Under the pieces are notes generated by a model that saw only the letters and a program-made list of their open reading frames with translations, ran no database searches and was not told where the DNA came from. A stretch of 64,000 nt of DNA from Lingula anatina (lineage: Eukaryota > Animalia > Brachiopoda). The position numbers were made by a program, and so were the translations under genes. Below, piece by piece: positions 36,090 to 50,772 of this stretch (position 1 is its first letter; every line of letters starts with the position of its first letter). The stretch is taken from the NCBI GenBank assembly GCA_051362555.1, contig CM120643.1, forward strand, positions 1,364,001 to 1,428,000. Direction: 5' to 3'.

Positions 36090-38124
36090 CAGGGTTCTCC
36101 CCAGGCCTTTATAGCGTATCGGCCCCGATACGCTATTTTTTTTGCCGATACGCTTCTTTCTTTGCCGATACGCTTCTTTGAACCCCGATACCCTTTAAGA
36201 GTGTGTGTGTGACCAATGCCTTTAATGCCTTTATTCCTGACAGTCGCGACGTAAACCGTAAAATAAAAACGACTGTGTGCGTACTTGGATCTCTTGTGTG
36301 CGCGTTAAGTTGTTTATTTTTATTCTGCCTGGCGCAGTAATACAAGTACAACATCTTATGTTGAGGGCGCGGGATCTGCGTACTGACAAGTTTCGAATAT
36401 CAACATCCGCTTATTAGTTTCGTCATCAATGTAATTCTGTGAGATTTGTTTGCTTTGTCTATATTTTTGAAAAATATAATAAAAAGTCAATCCTTCATGT
36501 TATTTTGACTGAAGAATAGTAGCAGTCGTGATCATTTATAAATAAATGTATCCATGCGGCAAGAGAAAATGTCAGAAAAGATGCAACGCTATTTAATACA
36601 TTAGCGCCTGTCCGGGACAGGTAAAAATTCAGCTCGGACAGGTGAAGTTGCAGGGTTGGCTGTCCGACAGACAGGTCATGGTTTATGAGAAATTTGGAGC
36701 AAAAATCTTTTAAAAAATCATTTTTAATGCATACTAACGTCTTTTTGTCTCCTCCTACACGGTACTGAAAAGAATGACCTACTTTTGGCACAAAACACGT
36801 GCAGTCACAAAACGAAGTCTGAGCAAACTTACCGCCAAGTTATGAAAGTGAACACCCTCCAGAACTTCATCAGACAAAATTTATTCACATAACAGGCTCA
36901 CTACTGAATATTTATTTGGTTAAAAATCTACGTGCTCTAGAGAGAAAGACCGTTACAGAAACGACACAAGTACTATGCTGGTTACAAAGCCAGATTGAAC
37001 TAGATGAACTGGCTATATCTAGTTCGTTGTCCAGGCAACATACTGCCTGTCAATCAAATACGTTGTATGCTATCTACTCACTACAGAACGTGAAATCTTT
37101 GGGACTGAAGATCTTGTTGAAATATTGTTTATTGGCCAAAATATAACCTGAAATTTTGTATGATGTTTTCTTTAATGACTTTATCATCACCTATATTATT
37201 TACAGTTAAAAATTTAGTGCTGGAATATGATAAATTAACATTGCTGTTATATACCAGTGTGGTATTGATGTAAGGAAGAAATTAGTAATAACAAATATGA
37301 GAATTTAAATAAAAAGGGGAACTTTTTTATACTGATTTTATTTAACTCATATATTTAAGAAAATCAAACACAAGATAACCTCTAAAAAGTTAAATTGTTA
37401 ACATAAATATAAGTAAAGTATTATAAGATGAATATTCTTTAATTTTTCATTGAACTTTTGAATATTTTAATAAAATTAATCTAACAGTACCCCCTCCCCA
37501 CCTGCCACTCAGGGTATTTATATTTTGCTTTGGTTAAACTTCATGTGAATTTGTTATCAAATTGCAGATTTACAATTAGCAGACCCTGTACCCAAAATCC
37601 TAGGAGAAGCCCTGATTGAAACTTTATAATGTTAAATCAGACTTAAATGCAAGATTAAATCTTCAGGAGTTTACAAGTATGAAAAAACAACTTTTTATCT
37701 GAAAATAAATCCACTTTAAGGTGCATTTTCCGGCTCATTTAATTTAATGTCTTGGCAATAAATGCATTAAATGTATGACTACACATATTTATTTACAAAG
37801 TTCAATGGTATGAATAGAAAAAATATTAGTTTTGTTGGACAGGTTGGATTGAAATTCGGACAGGTACTCATAAAAGTTAGTGTCTAGCCCTGATTTTCCC
37901 CGCAAAATTTGGTCCTGCAAGTGGGCTATGTCGTAACGATTTAATGACAGCTTCAGATTGCATGGGATTGCACCCTTTTTGCATGAAATAATGAAAGTTT
38001 TTCCTCCGGAGGGCACATCCCCGGACTCCCCCCCCCCCCCCCCCTTTGTGCCTCGCTTCGCGAGCTTCGGTACTCTCGCGTAAAAAAAAATAAGGGCTAT
38101 TTTCAAATCCTGGGGAGAACCCTG
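36090..38124. mobile_element. Non-autonomous hAT-like element nested in the EnSpm subterminal repeats
   Basis: 16-bp TIR CAGGGTTCTCCCCAGG / CCTGGGGAGAACCCTG and a 5-bp duplication GAACT that interrupts the host unit CTCCAGAACTGTTCTTGCG. Confidence 0.8.
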
Positions 38125-40295
38125 GAACTGTTCTTGCGAATTTTCTGCAAATTCACTAGAAGATCTTGCAAATTTGCTGCAAACCCTCCAGAACTGTTCT
38201 TGCGAACACTCTGCAAACTCTTAAGAAATCCTTCTTGCAAATTTGCTGCAAACTCTCCAGAACTGTTCTCGCGAATTTTTCCGGAAACCCCCCCCCCCCA
38301 AAAAAAAAAAAAAAAAAAAAACAAATAAAAAAAAAAAAAAACATTCTTCTGCAGTACCACTATTGCAGTAGACTGACAACTAATATTTAACCCAGTGATT
38401 ATGCTTTTATTTATGCCAGTTCTTTTTTTTAATTAAATCATGTATGCCATATTTGAAATCATGGAGTAGCAAAATTTTATTACTGTATTTTAGCCATATA
38501 GTACAGCTGGCAGAACACATACAGAAAATTATCAAATGAATGAAAAAATAGCACACACACAGAATATCAGTAAGAAACACCATAAACATTTTTCAATATT
38601 TTATTTTAGAAACTTGCACATTTTAATCAAATTAAATCAACATTTGGTAAAGATTGTTCAGATGTCTCTGATATAATGATACAACGTGAATCTGCTTCTG
38701 CATTTTATTCATTGGAAAGAACAGTAACCAAGCTATAAAGGATGCTTTAATTTTTAAGAGGGTTCAACAACTTTATTTACATCCAAGTTTAAAGAAGTCC
38801 GAGTTTAATTATCGAGTCCTTAGTAATATGTCTTAATTCTGTTAACTGGCTTCAATATCTCAATCCTGTTAATGATTCACTGTAATGTATTTTGTGTGTA
38901 TAAGTATATAAGGAGTAGAACTTAGTATAAGAGCTCAGAGTGAGTTTGATCAGTTGAACCGATAGCTAGATAGTCCCTGCTGTCCTAGGAGACTCCAAAT
39001 CTGTCAGCCAGAGAAATAAACATAGAGATCAGGCAGGTTGTAGTTGAACTCTGGAAAACATATCACTGCTGTTGTTTCACCCGCTAGAGAAGTCAGACCA
39101 AATTTCGACTGGGATACAAGCACCATATCACATCTGAAAGACGAGAAAAATAAAACTTGACATTTCTTGTAAAATTTGTTGCACTCACAGGTAGTTTGTC
39201 AAGTAAGCTTCTAGTAGATTCCCTTAATAAATACACCTATATATATATATATATACATATATATGATTTATGTTGTTAAGTAAAACAAAAATAAATTTAG
39301 CAGGCATGGTATAATCTAATCACAGTTAAAAATACTTTTCCTACCTTTTTTAAGGCCCTCTTTGCAGTGTGAATTTTTGCACTCATAGTGTGCTTAATTG
39401 CTGGCCCATCCATTTTCAAGTTGTTAATAACATACACTGAAAGAAAGAGAATTTAAACAATAAATAAAGAAAGCACGACTTCATTTAAAAAACTAAATGA
39501 GACAGATGGGGGGGGGGGGGGGATGGATATGGAGGGCACAGGGTATGCGTGGGGAGATATAGAGGGCACAGGGTTGGATATGGTATGGGTGTGGGGAGAT
39601 ATATAGAGGGCACAGAGTTGGAGATGGTGGGAGTAAGACGGGGAACAGATGATGCACGAGGCACTGAAACACTTTCTTCAACTGCTGCATTACAAGCTGG
39701 CTCTGATTTTTTTCCTTGAATAACATAGGGAAAGCTTTATTAAATTTGAATTTAAGTGCACTGTGTAAAATGTACTTATTATTTGAAAGAGGAAATTACA
39801 ATTTTTTCACCATTTAGTGGAAAAGATATGCAACAGCAATTGCAGGACAATTAACAATATACTTACACTACTACCATTGCTCTGGTTGTCCTTTTTATCT
39901 AAAAAAGTTAAAACATAAAATGTTATTCTACCAAAAAAGTGATGCATTAAGAATATATAGTTATATATATATGAACAGTTCATCATAGGTTGCATGGTTG
40001 TTTGAACTAAAACAAAAAGTGGGGTTCCTGTTATTCAGAAGCAAGGCAACACTGAAACATTTTGGATTCTGTGTTACTATTTAAAAAAAACCCAACAATA
40101 ATTATGGAATTATCAGACATATTAGTTTCACAAAGAAGAGGTAAGTCAGTATGAGGGCGATACACTTAAATTCTTATATTTGTTCAGAAGTCTTTGACAC
40201 TCACTGAAAATACATTTACTCACCTTTCACATATGCCTTCTTTTCCTTCTGACATGCATTTCTGTAATCTAAAATAAAAGGAGAATAGCTTTTAA

Positions 40296-43200
40296 GTGTG
40301 TGTCCACGAGAAAACCAAACCAAATGTAGAAAATGCGGCAAGGTGGGGGTGAACGGATTTACATCATATTTGGTGTGTTTGAACCTTTATATGAACAATA
40401 TCTGAGGCTGCAATATTTCCTGAAAAAAATCCCTACTTACAGAGATATGGCCAGTGACAATTTGGGGGGTTTATCAACCAAAAATTCTTCTGAAAAACAG
40501 GGTTATATTGATTGGCCTTAAAGTTTATACTGGTGTCACCAAATGATTTAGTTTGGTGATATATTATAACCTAAAGATAGGGGATTAAAATGATATACAC
40601 TTTTTCCACTCTCTTTGTTTCCATGGTAACAAACCAAGCGTTTTTCTCAGGCCTACAAACCACATGCTTTGAACACCCCCCTTCTATTTTTGACAATATC
40701 TTCATCTTCACAGGTCTTTGGGATAAAGCGTGTTCAGGACTAACAGATAACTCATTAATCTATTTATACATGAAATCAAAACTTACTGCTGTTCTACAAC
40801 TTGTCCGTTGTAACAGATAGAACATGACCTAATTTCTTCATTTTTCGTAAATATATGCGGACACGTATATCGGTGCACTGAACTTCAGCCATCTCTTTCA
40901 AGTCAACGAATGGTTTAAAACACTGTTAGTTGAACTTTTTATTTTCATTTTACCTATTCTAATTTTTTTCTGGTTAAAACAAGCATCTAACACATTTTAA
41001 AACCATGTGAAACTAATGTACTAACGTCAGAACAACACAACGTCATTATCCAACATGGCGGAAATCGCAGACTGTTTGTTTACAAATCTTCCTCAACGAA
41101 GTCGTATATCATGTGGTTTATACTCTGTCTACAGATATAAAAAAACATGTAGTGTATTGAAAAATTGCAACAGAGATATTAACAGTCATCTTCGTCGCGT
41201 TTACCTGAAGCAAAACAGCGTGAGTTACGAAAGCACACTGATTCTTGTCAGGTGTGAATTCTTTTGTATCCGATGACAGCAATTGGACTTTTTCAAGTAT
41301 CTTTGGGAGAATAAATGGGTTACACCATGTGACCAGCACTGGGATATGGGCTTGGTTTGTGCTGGAAACCATCCACACAGGGGAAAACGAGCCTATAACG
41401 AAATATGTCATGGGATTAACTTGCAGATGTCAGTGTAGACAAAAAGCCATTTGAATATACTGATGCCACTTGGTTCAGGTAAGAAACGGGTTTGTTTGTA
41501 TTTTAATACAGGCTAAAATCCAGAAAAAAAGTTCACTCAGAAAAATGATCTAGGTGTAATTTTTTAATGGTAAACGCTCCATTTTTTTAAAAAGAAAAAT
41601 GCCCCCTTTCAAATAATGAAATTGCATCCTAAGGACCTGTGATAATTTTATCTTTTAAGCTATATTTGTGTGGGTATTTATGTAGGTTTAATGGTACTTG
41701 GGTAAAATAAATTTAAGGGTAACAATTGAAATTAGATTGAAGCTAGGGCTGGTCTTGGCAAAATTGCTAGGCTCATCATAATTAATATTCGAAACCATGC
41801 CTTACTTATAAAACATGGACAAATGGGATAATAATTTATTTTTCATCAATGTATCAATTAACTTTCAGATAAGTGTTTTCGTGTGTCTATAGTAAGCTAT
41901 ATTTATATTTCAGGCATATTTGAGAAGTGTTATTTGACACACAGTGATCTTATGGTCAGCAAAAGAGTCCAAAGTCTTGCAGAAACTGAAACTAGTGTGG
42001 AAATGATGGCTGTTGTAGAAAGGCATGTATGTAAATGAAAGCCACAATATAACAAATGCTGAGGAGATGCATGAGGCCCTAGTTTCTGCAGTTGGAGCCA
42101 TTTTCTACATCCAGCTAGACAGACATCTTCCAAACCTGCGTGGACTGGAGTGTCCAATTACAACAATTTAGCTTTCTTGATTCCTACAACATGAGAAAAG
42201 GTGTCTTCCTTCCTTGAGCAGTTTTAACGAGTGATACTGATGTTAAAGTTAATTTGGGTTTTTCTGAGGCAAATATGCCAACTGGGACTATACCAAGCAA
42301 GATCACAAACAGGGAAATTTTTTCTTGTCCAGAGAAGATTTCTCTGAAATCTTTTGCTACTAAGACTGAAGAGTATTTGTAAGGTCCTTTTTTAGACCAC
42401 AGTTATGAAATGTGCCAAAAAAACAGCTTTTGATCAAATTAAAGTCTAGTGGGCCAACAATCTGACTAAAGAAAAACTTAAAGCACATCAGCTGTGAGAG
42501 CTGTGAGAAAACTCCACCCTCTTGAATATCTCACTGAGTTACACAATGGATGAGCTTTAAAGTCATCTAAACCTTTGAAACTATATTCAAATAAAGTAAA
42601 GGAGTTTTTACTGAAGGAGTTTAGAAGGGCACAAGAAACAGGCCAGCAGAACCTAGCATTTGTGAGCATGAAGATGAGATTGAAATGTCAGTAAGGAGGG
42701 TTACAGACTATTCAGGAAGAAAAAATCGGCAGTTATTTTTGAATGTATTAAAAACTTTGATGTTATGAGCTGTAATGTTTGATACAAAACTGCAAAGATG
42801 TTTCATAACACCAGGATATATTTTGCGGTTGTGTTAGTTTTGCTTTTTGAATAGAAAATTATCTTGTTTTGCTACATTATGATATAGTTTGTAATGATCA
42901 CAACTAATGTTGCACTGCTTTGCATGTATTGCTATATTATAATTTGGTGATTTTTTTTATAATTTGTAATTATTCATCTGAGACAACAATAAACTAAATT
43001 GAATAATTTTTTAGTTACTGTATGCTCATAAATAGTCACCAAAAAGTGGTGTGGATGATGAAAAAAAACTCTTGATAATTAAAAAAGATTTGTTCTGGCT
43101 TTGCTATCATAAATACTATGGCATATCCTAATCTCTATATGATAAATATTGCACCAAAAAGAAATCGCTACTAAACTAAGATTTTAATTTGTATTCACCA

Positions 43201-44077
43201 AATTGATGATATTAAAAAAATATATATATATATTAAAATTATCTTGTAAACTCTCAAGTTAATTGCCAGTGCCTATCCAAAGTAACAGAATCTATGATTT
43301 ATTTCCTCTAAATGTTTTGTCCATATAAATTAAGAAGTCCATATATGGCAATTTACAAATATGAAGCCCAGTGACCTTGACCTACTGACCTGATATTCAT
43401 TAGTACACACCCACTTTCCATGTTCACCAGCCCTATTAATTTAGTAACATCATTGTAGAGCAAAATGGTTTAATAAATTAATCAAACCTATCGTCTACAT
43501 AGACTTGAATGAATCCACCACGATTTTTTGCCTTAAAAATGGCCAACTTTGGAGGTATTTTTCAGTACCTGTTTTAATACAGCAGTAACTTTTGAAACTT
43601 GATTTGGAATGACCCATATCTGCCTAAAATATTCATGCAGTTTTATAGCTGTAAACCCTGTGAAGATAGAGATATATGCAATTAAAGATGGTAGTATCAA
43701 AATTGGACTTTGGGGGGAGGGGTGTTATAAATGGGTGTGGCTCGCCCAAGCAGGGTCTTATCTGAATTCTACATATATCTGTGGCAAGCCAAATGATTGT
43801 TTTCAATGATTGTAAGGTCTAATATTTTTTAGTTTTCTCCATTTTTGTTTAATTTACACAAAATATATCATTATTTTTTCAAGGTAAAAATGGAGTCTCA
43901 AAGAGGCTACATAAGCCATGACTTATAATAGGCTATAATTCTCTGAAGAAAGGATATTTTTGTGATTCCTTCCTAACTCATGAATAACTTCCTTATATGC
44001 CTCCATACAACAAATTTGGTTGAAATCCGCTGACCCCCACCTTGCCACCCTGGGCTGGTTCTCTCGTGGACAAGCTC
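40296..44077 (+). mobile_element. Sola3-like DNA transposon remnant
   Basis: TTAA on both sides and imperfect TIRs (GTGTGTGTCCACGAGAAAACC / GGTTCTCTCGTGGACAAGCTC, plus GGCAAGGTGGGGG). Decayed coding pieces include NCNRDINSHL..LILVR, WTGVSNYNN and G*ALK..FSNKVKEFLLKEF..ETG. The superfamily call is from recall of terminal features. Confidence 0.65.
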
Positions 44078-44386
44078 TTAAAGCATTCTTTTAAAACACA
44101 TGTATTTGCACTTTGATATTTCTCCTTTCTGTGGAAATGACCAAAACTGACTTTTAAAACCATCAAGACTATTAAAACTATACTAGTAAATTTTTCCTGT
44201 GGCAGATATGATTGAATGTGCAAGTTTTTTTTTTCAAGATTAAAAGTAATTTCAAGGGGCTAAGTTTAAAGGTGCATATGAAGTAAATTTTGGCCATGCA
44301 CATAAGCCAACAAAATGCCAGCATATAGTTTCAAGTAGTATAACTTAGAGGATTACCAAAAGGCATAGTTTAATTAACCCCCCCCC

Positions 44387-44424
<38 letters not shown>

Positions 44425-44995
44425 TTGAACAGATTTTTCTTCTAGCACTCTATGCTGTATATCAATGGGCAAAAAAAAAAAAATAATAATAAATAAAAAC
44501 AATAATAATAATAATAGGTCATAAAAATAGGCTAAATTTCTGGCCAAAAATTTAAAGAAAGGAGCAGTCTAAAGCTCTTTAATGACCAATCTGGTGACTT
44601 ATTCAGTTTACCCCTTGTCATGTTAAATTTATTTGAGTAATTAGGAAATTTGAAGAAGTAGTTTATATGTGTTACTGGAAACCCATGTTACAGCGATGCT
44701 CTGTTACCTTAAGTGCTGTATGAACCCTTCTGCCCTTTGAATTTATTTCACCTAAGCAAACTATACTAATTGAGAATACACTTACCACTAAATGTAAATC
44801 ACTTTTGCCAAATACAAGCAACCATCCCAAGGAGCCATGAGTGTCTCTCCAACAGTAGGGACTTCCCCTTCTTACTCTTCCTCCCTCTCAAACTTCGAAA
44901 CGTCTTCCACTGATACAACTCCATCCTTGTCAAAACCAATAGTAATCCACGTCTCTATAATTTAAAAAGAATATAGTTACACACTTATTCCACAG

Positions 44996-44997
<2 letters not shown>

Positions 44998-45040
<43 letters not shown>

Positions 45041-45042
45041 GA

Positions 45043-45094
<52 letters not shown>

Positions 45095-45096
45095 GA

Positions 45097-45149
<53 letters not shown>

Positions 45150-45157
45150 GAAAAAAA

Positions 45158-45203
<46 letters not shown>

Positions 45204-45232
45204 AAAATAAGAAGAGAAAGAGAGAGAGAGAG
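44998..45232. repeat. (GA)n compound microsatellite
   Basis: Direct inspection. Confidence 0.95.
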
Positions 45233-46035
45233 AACGAGATGGCCTTCCCAACAAGTACCATACTAGCGCCCCCATACTAGAACTGTATTTAGAATCGGTT
45301 TACTTTCTACCTTCTACTCGCAGGCATGATGAGAATTCTCTGAGTGTAGTAAAATCCTATCTTGAATCAAACGTTCTGATTAATCTTTGCACTCACCTGG
45401 CTTTGCAATCAACGCATCATAATTTCTAACTGGTTACACCAACTTAAAATCAGCTGCCGGTAAATCTCAAACCGTCTTCTTCTTCCAAATTTCCCGTGAT
45501 GCATCAGATCGCGCATCAACCTATCACGATTAATCGTTTTCATGACCATTTCCGGTTGTCAGATAATCGCTGTTCATGAGAGCTCCCCCGTGACCAAGAA
45601 TTTGATCTATCGATTAGAAAAGGTAGATTCTGCCAACACCACTACAGATCTGCTCCTGCATCCAGACCAACTAATGTTTACTGGGGTGGAATTGTTGAAA
45701 AGTCGTCAAGGCTGCGCGTGTCTTTATTTCGCGGAAGATGAATCCCAGCAACACTAGCAAACCATGCAGTGAAAGGTACGTAGCAGCTTATCTAGCAAGA
45801 TAGTTATCAGATGATTGAAAATTATCATCTCAATATTTGAGTGGGTGTCAACAGAGACTTGAATGTAGGTCTCTCAGGTGTCTCTTCAGAAAAAAAAAAA
45901 TAGCACGAAACAGTTTGATACATTGTTTAAATAGTGAGTGTTAGTAAATATTACTGTTTTTCTTTCCATTCCTAAGTTACCATCAGATTTATATTATCTT
46001 TACATTGTTTTATTAAAAGGACCATTTGGTTTGTG

Positions 46036-46600
46036 TATTTTTATGTACAGACACAGATGTGTCTGTACATATAGCCATCATCTGCGTCTGTCGTCGCCGT
46101 CGTCGCCGCCGTCGCCGTGCACTTTTACCGATAACACAATAAGTGGAAAACCATTTTGCCTTTTGATTTGAAACTTGCAGAACTGATGAATATTCATAAT
46201 ACGCAGGTCAAGTTCGAAAATCGGCATGATTGGGCCATTTTTAGGGAATTTATGCTGTTTTTTCACTTTTTCAGCATATATGCAGCACCGATAACACAGT
46301 AAGTGGAAAACCATTTTACCTTTTGGCTTGAAACTTACAGAACTGATGAAAATTCTTAATACGCATGTCAAGTTCGAAAATCAGCATGATTGGGCCATTT
46401 TTAGGGAATTTATGCTGTTTTTTCACTTTTCAATATAAATGCAACACTGATAACACAATATAAGAAAAACGGATTGGCCAATTGGCATTATATTCACAGG
46501 AGTGGTCAATCTTACTAAAATGCAGGTTGAGTTCGAAAATCAGCATAAGCGGGCCATTATTTTAGAAGTTATACTGTTTTTTCACATTTCCTCAGATTCA
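46036..46600 (+). mobile_element. Helentron/DINE-1-like non-autonomous element (3' limit uncertain)
   Basis: T-rich start, hairpin TGTACAGACAC-AGAT-GTGTCTGTACA, (GTC/GCC)n microsatellite, then ~165-bp tandem core repeats with GAAACTT..GTCAAGTTCGAAAATC. Confidence 0.6.
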
Positions 46601-49600
46601 ATTATTAGGCATGTTAACAGTCTCATTATTGAACTAATTAGATGCGTAAAAGTGTTTGTTTGATATTTCCTGCATCTTTACAACATTGTTAGTTGATTAT
46701 GTAAAAAAAACATGGTAAACTTGTTATCATGTATTGTGTAATAAAGTGTCAAAAATGGAAATAAACTCATATCATTGCAGTTTGTCAGATTCAATCATCC
46801 ACTATGTTCAGAATCTCAGAATGGAGGAAATTGGACATTTAACACTGTTCTATTGATACTTTTCCCATCTCATCAATTTTCTTAGTTGGTCATATAAAAA
46901 TGGCAGTAAAATGTTTATTTTGTTTTATGTTAAAAAAGTGTTAAAAATGGAAATAAACCCATTTCAGGACAGTGCTGTCTTGTTCACATTTTGGCATTTT
47001 CAAGATGTGACTTTGAAGTTCCATGGGCCTGAAGACCTTTGCTTGTCATGTTTTCTGAATGTCCATGTTACTAATATTTTATTAATAACATTTGATGGTT
47101 ATTATGCTGTTAAACATTATGTAACGTTGCATCAAAATTTGAAGAAACCCCTATTTAGGGCACTGCTCCTATGATGACCATTTAAGGGAAAACATGTCAC
47201 TTGCTGTTCTCAAACTTACAAGAAAGAAACATGGGTCTAACATACAGCCTCAGTAGGCAATGCAGTCTGTTTGGTAAATTTTTCTGGCAATTTAACAGTT
47301 TTTGTGAAAATTTAATTTTTCACTTATTGACATTTTCAAGGTGCGACTTAGAACCTCCACGGGCTTGAAGACCCTTGCTAGTCACATTTTCTGAAAATCC
47401 ATGACACGTATATTTTATCATTTAAAATTGATGGTCATTATGCTGTTAAGCATTATGTAATGTTGCATCAAAATAGAAGAAAACACAATATTTGGTGCTG
47501 CTGCCATGATGACCATTATGGGAAAACGGTGTTACTTATTACTGTCAAACTTTCAAAAAAGAAACACAGGACTAAAATGCAGCCCGAGTTGGAAAAGCAG
47601 TCTAATTGGCTTCTTTTTCTGGAAGTTATACACTTAGTGAAATATTCATTATCTTTTTGGCATATTCATTGTGGGACTCAGAGCTCCCATGGACATGAAG
47701 CCTAATGGTAATCAAATTTTCTACATGTCCATGCTATTTATAGTCAATAATCAAAAATTGGTGATAATTATTCTATAATTTATTATGTAATGTTACATCA
47801 AAATTGACAATAATCTTTTTGCACTGCTACTGCAAACATTATGAAAAGAAAACTGTGTTACTTATTATTATATTTGACTTATAAGTACGATTTTTAGGAT
47901 TGGCATGCAGTTCAAATTAGAAAGCCAGGTCAATTGGGTCATCATTTTTATTAAATTTATGCATTTTTTGTGAAATTTTCATTTTTCTCATTCTGGCACT
48001 TTCTTATTGAAAACTTGAACTCTGATGGGCCTGGAGCCTTATGCTTTTACTTTCATCAGCGTTACCTGTTGTGCATAATTAAAATTTTATGTTGACTGTG
48101 CAGTTAAACATAATGTATTATTGCATCAGAATTGGGCAGTCTCCTGTTTTTGTGCATTATTGTTTTCTGCTTTTCTTAAGGTGTGACTTATGGGCCTGAA
48201 GACCTTTGATAGACAAATTTGTGTGGTCAGTCTGTTAATTCCCCTTGGGTATTCACAAGGCTAATTTCAGTGCTATAAACTCATTTACCTAATTAAGTAG
48301 CCATTAATTGAAATTTCATAAAGCACACTTGTTGATATTTCCCTGTTAAGCTCTCTGCTAGATAACATAGTGTCCATAATAAGGAAGCAGTGAATAACAG
48401 CTTCATTAGAATTATATTTTTGTTGTTTCTATTTAATTTTTTCTCCAACACTGGCATTTTTAAGATGTGATTTTTAACTCCCATCCACCTGAGGCTGTGC
48501 ACATTTTCAGTATTTCCACATAAGCAGCTGTATTGGTATTTATGTCTTTAAACACGATGTAATATTATTTTATGCACTGTCATCATTTATCATATATAGG
48601 GACTTTCATCATGTGAATTTTAACTCTCATGGTCCTGACATTGTAATCTTATTGAAAGGGTGGATTAAGACCATCTTCTGGGTCTCCTGGAAGACAGTCA
48701 GATTTTACAGTTTATATTAACGGGTTTCTGTTGGAAGACTTTCAAAATGGAGGATGGATCAACAAAGATACTTTGGAATACTGTCAGAAAATATCTCTGA
48801 ATCTGCTCCTGTTATTGACCATGTTACCTGTTGTGCATGATTAAAAATCAGTGTTGACTGACTGTGCTATTATAAGCATTTATTATTGCATCAAAATTGA
48901 CATAATGACCTATTTTGCATCTTTTTTTTTTCTGTTTTTTGTCTGTACATTTGACAGCTTTGCTGCCTTGTTTATGAATTGACATTGATAAAAGTTAAAT
49001 AATTTTAATGTCTTAAAACTGATAAATGCCATATAAAATGCATTTTTACATTAAAAGCATCTTTTCTGCTTACATTTTAGCTTGTGTCAAATAATGATGA
49101 CATTTTAAATCAAGTCTATAACAATCCAGTGAAGTTAAATAGCCCAAATGTACTTATATGTCAGGTTACATTAAATTTTTGAGGTACAGTTAGATTAGGC
49201 TCTGATGTGCTGTATTCTTCAAAGTGGAATTGTTTAGGAAAGCTTATTAAGAGACAGTTTGAGTCTTAGGAGATGGGGACTTGCTTGTCCTAAACAACAA
49301 ATAATTATTCACTTTACAATACTCCCCGAATCTTTGATACAGATCAGTGCTATAGTAATTTACAGTCAGGTGTGAATAGGGCTCTTCCTTGCTAGCAGCA
49401 CATCTTGTGGGCTGAGCATTTCAGATAGTTGTCGGCCAATTGAAAATTGTCCTTATTTTAAATTTTGGCTGAAAATTTAACATACAAGTACATATCTTAC
49501 TTATCTGCCTGGATTATATCAGCATAGCAAGCTAGCAGAAAATATTGTTCAAATATCATTTTTCGGGCAGTATTAAATGATGTCTTGTGGTAATTACAGT

Positions 49601-50741
49601 ACCTTAGTACTATTTAAAATTTTACAGGCAATTGGTGAGCTTTTGTGGCAAAAAATTACCATTTATGCATCCTAAAATTGATAAAATTTTGATGTCTCTA
49701 GGTATATACATAACAAAATGCAATTTTCCATTATTAGAACCCCTTCCACAGTCATTTGGGTTATTTGTCAGGAGGTGAAATGCTTTTAACTGAATCCATT
49801 TATAATCCAGTGAAGCTAAATAGCTTAGGTAGTCCTAAAATATCTGTCAGATAATATAGAATTTGATGACCTGTAAATACTCTTAGAAGTGGAATTGTTC
49901 AGCTAAGCTTGTTGAAAGACAGTATGTACCTTAAGGGATAGATACTTGTTTGTTGTTAAATGCTTCTCTAATTAGCAAGTAGGAATTTTAAGGTCCATGA
50001 TCTTTACCTAGATACAGATCAGTTATTAACAGTCAGGTGTGAACAGGTTTCATCCTTTCTCTCAGCATCTTGCAAGATGAGCATGTCAGAGACTTGAATG
50101 GGGGGGATGGTGGGGGAATCTGGCAGGTGTCTCTTAAAAAATAAGTTTAATACATTGCAAAAATTTGAAGGTTATTAGGTCAAAAGTGAAAAAAAAACTA
50201 CAAGAAAAGATTCAGAATATAATAACAAGTGCCAAGGAAAATATAATTTTCTAGCATTGAGGACTATCAACATTTACTTGATAATTTTACAGTGCAATTC
50301 TATTCGAACAAGCCAATACCACAGACATAAGGAATATATACATGTATTGCTATATGAAGACTATCAATGTACAAACTAGCAGAAGAAATTTAAAGGTATT
50401 CAGGCACTCATTAGAGTTTAAGAGCCTGTGAATTACATGATTTGAGTGACATCTAGGGTTTTATTCTTAAATGTCCATTCCACAGCATGCTTAAGCAGAA
50501 ATACATTTTTACTATTAAGAATGTCGGATTGGGGAGGGGGGGTGTCTTAAAGTCGAGGAAAATTAAATAATCAATGCACAAATAACTGTAAATAAAACTT
50601 TATTCATACTTCACTAGTAATGTAAACTGAAAACCGAGGATCCAAGTATAATGATTACTTTTCAAGAAGGACAAATAATTGAAAAAAGGAATATATGCAA
50701 CTGAACTTAATAAGCATGGGTTTGCTGTTTTGTTTTTTTTT

Positions 50742-50772
<31 letters not shown>

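Noticed and set aside
35812-38390. Short ORFs rich in CKFAAN/LQICCK (also 53257-53756)
   Set aside because: They are translations of the transposon subterminal repeat.
44977-45275. Ser/Leu-rich ORFs
   Set aside because: They are translations of a (GA)n microsatellite.
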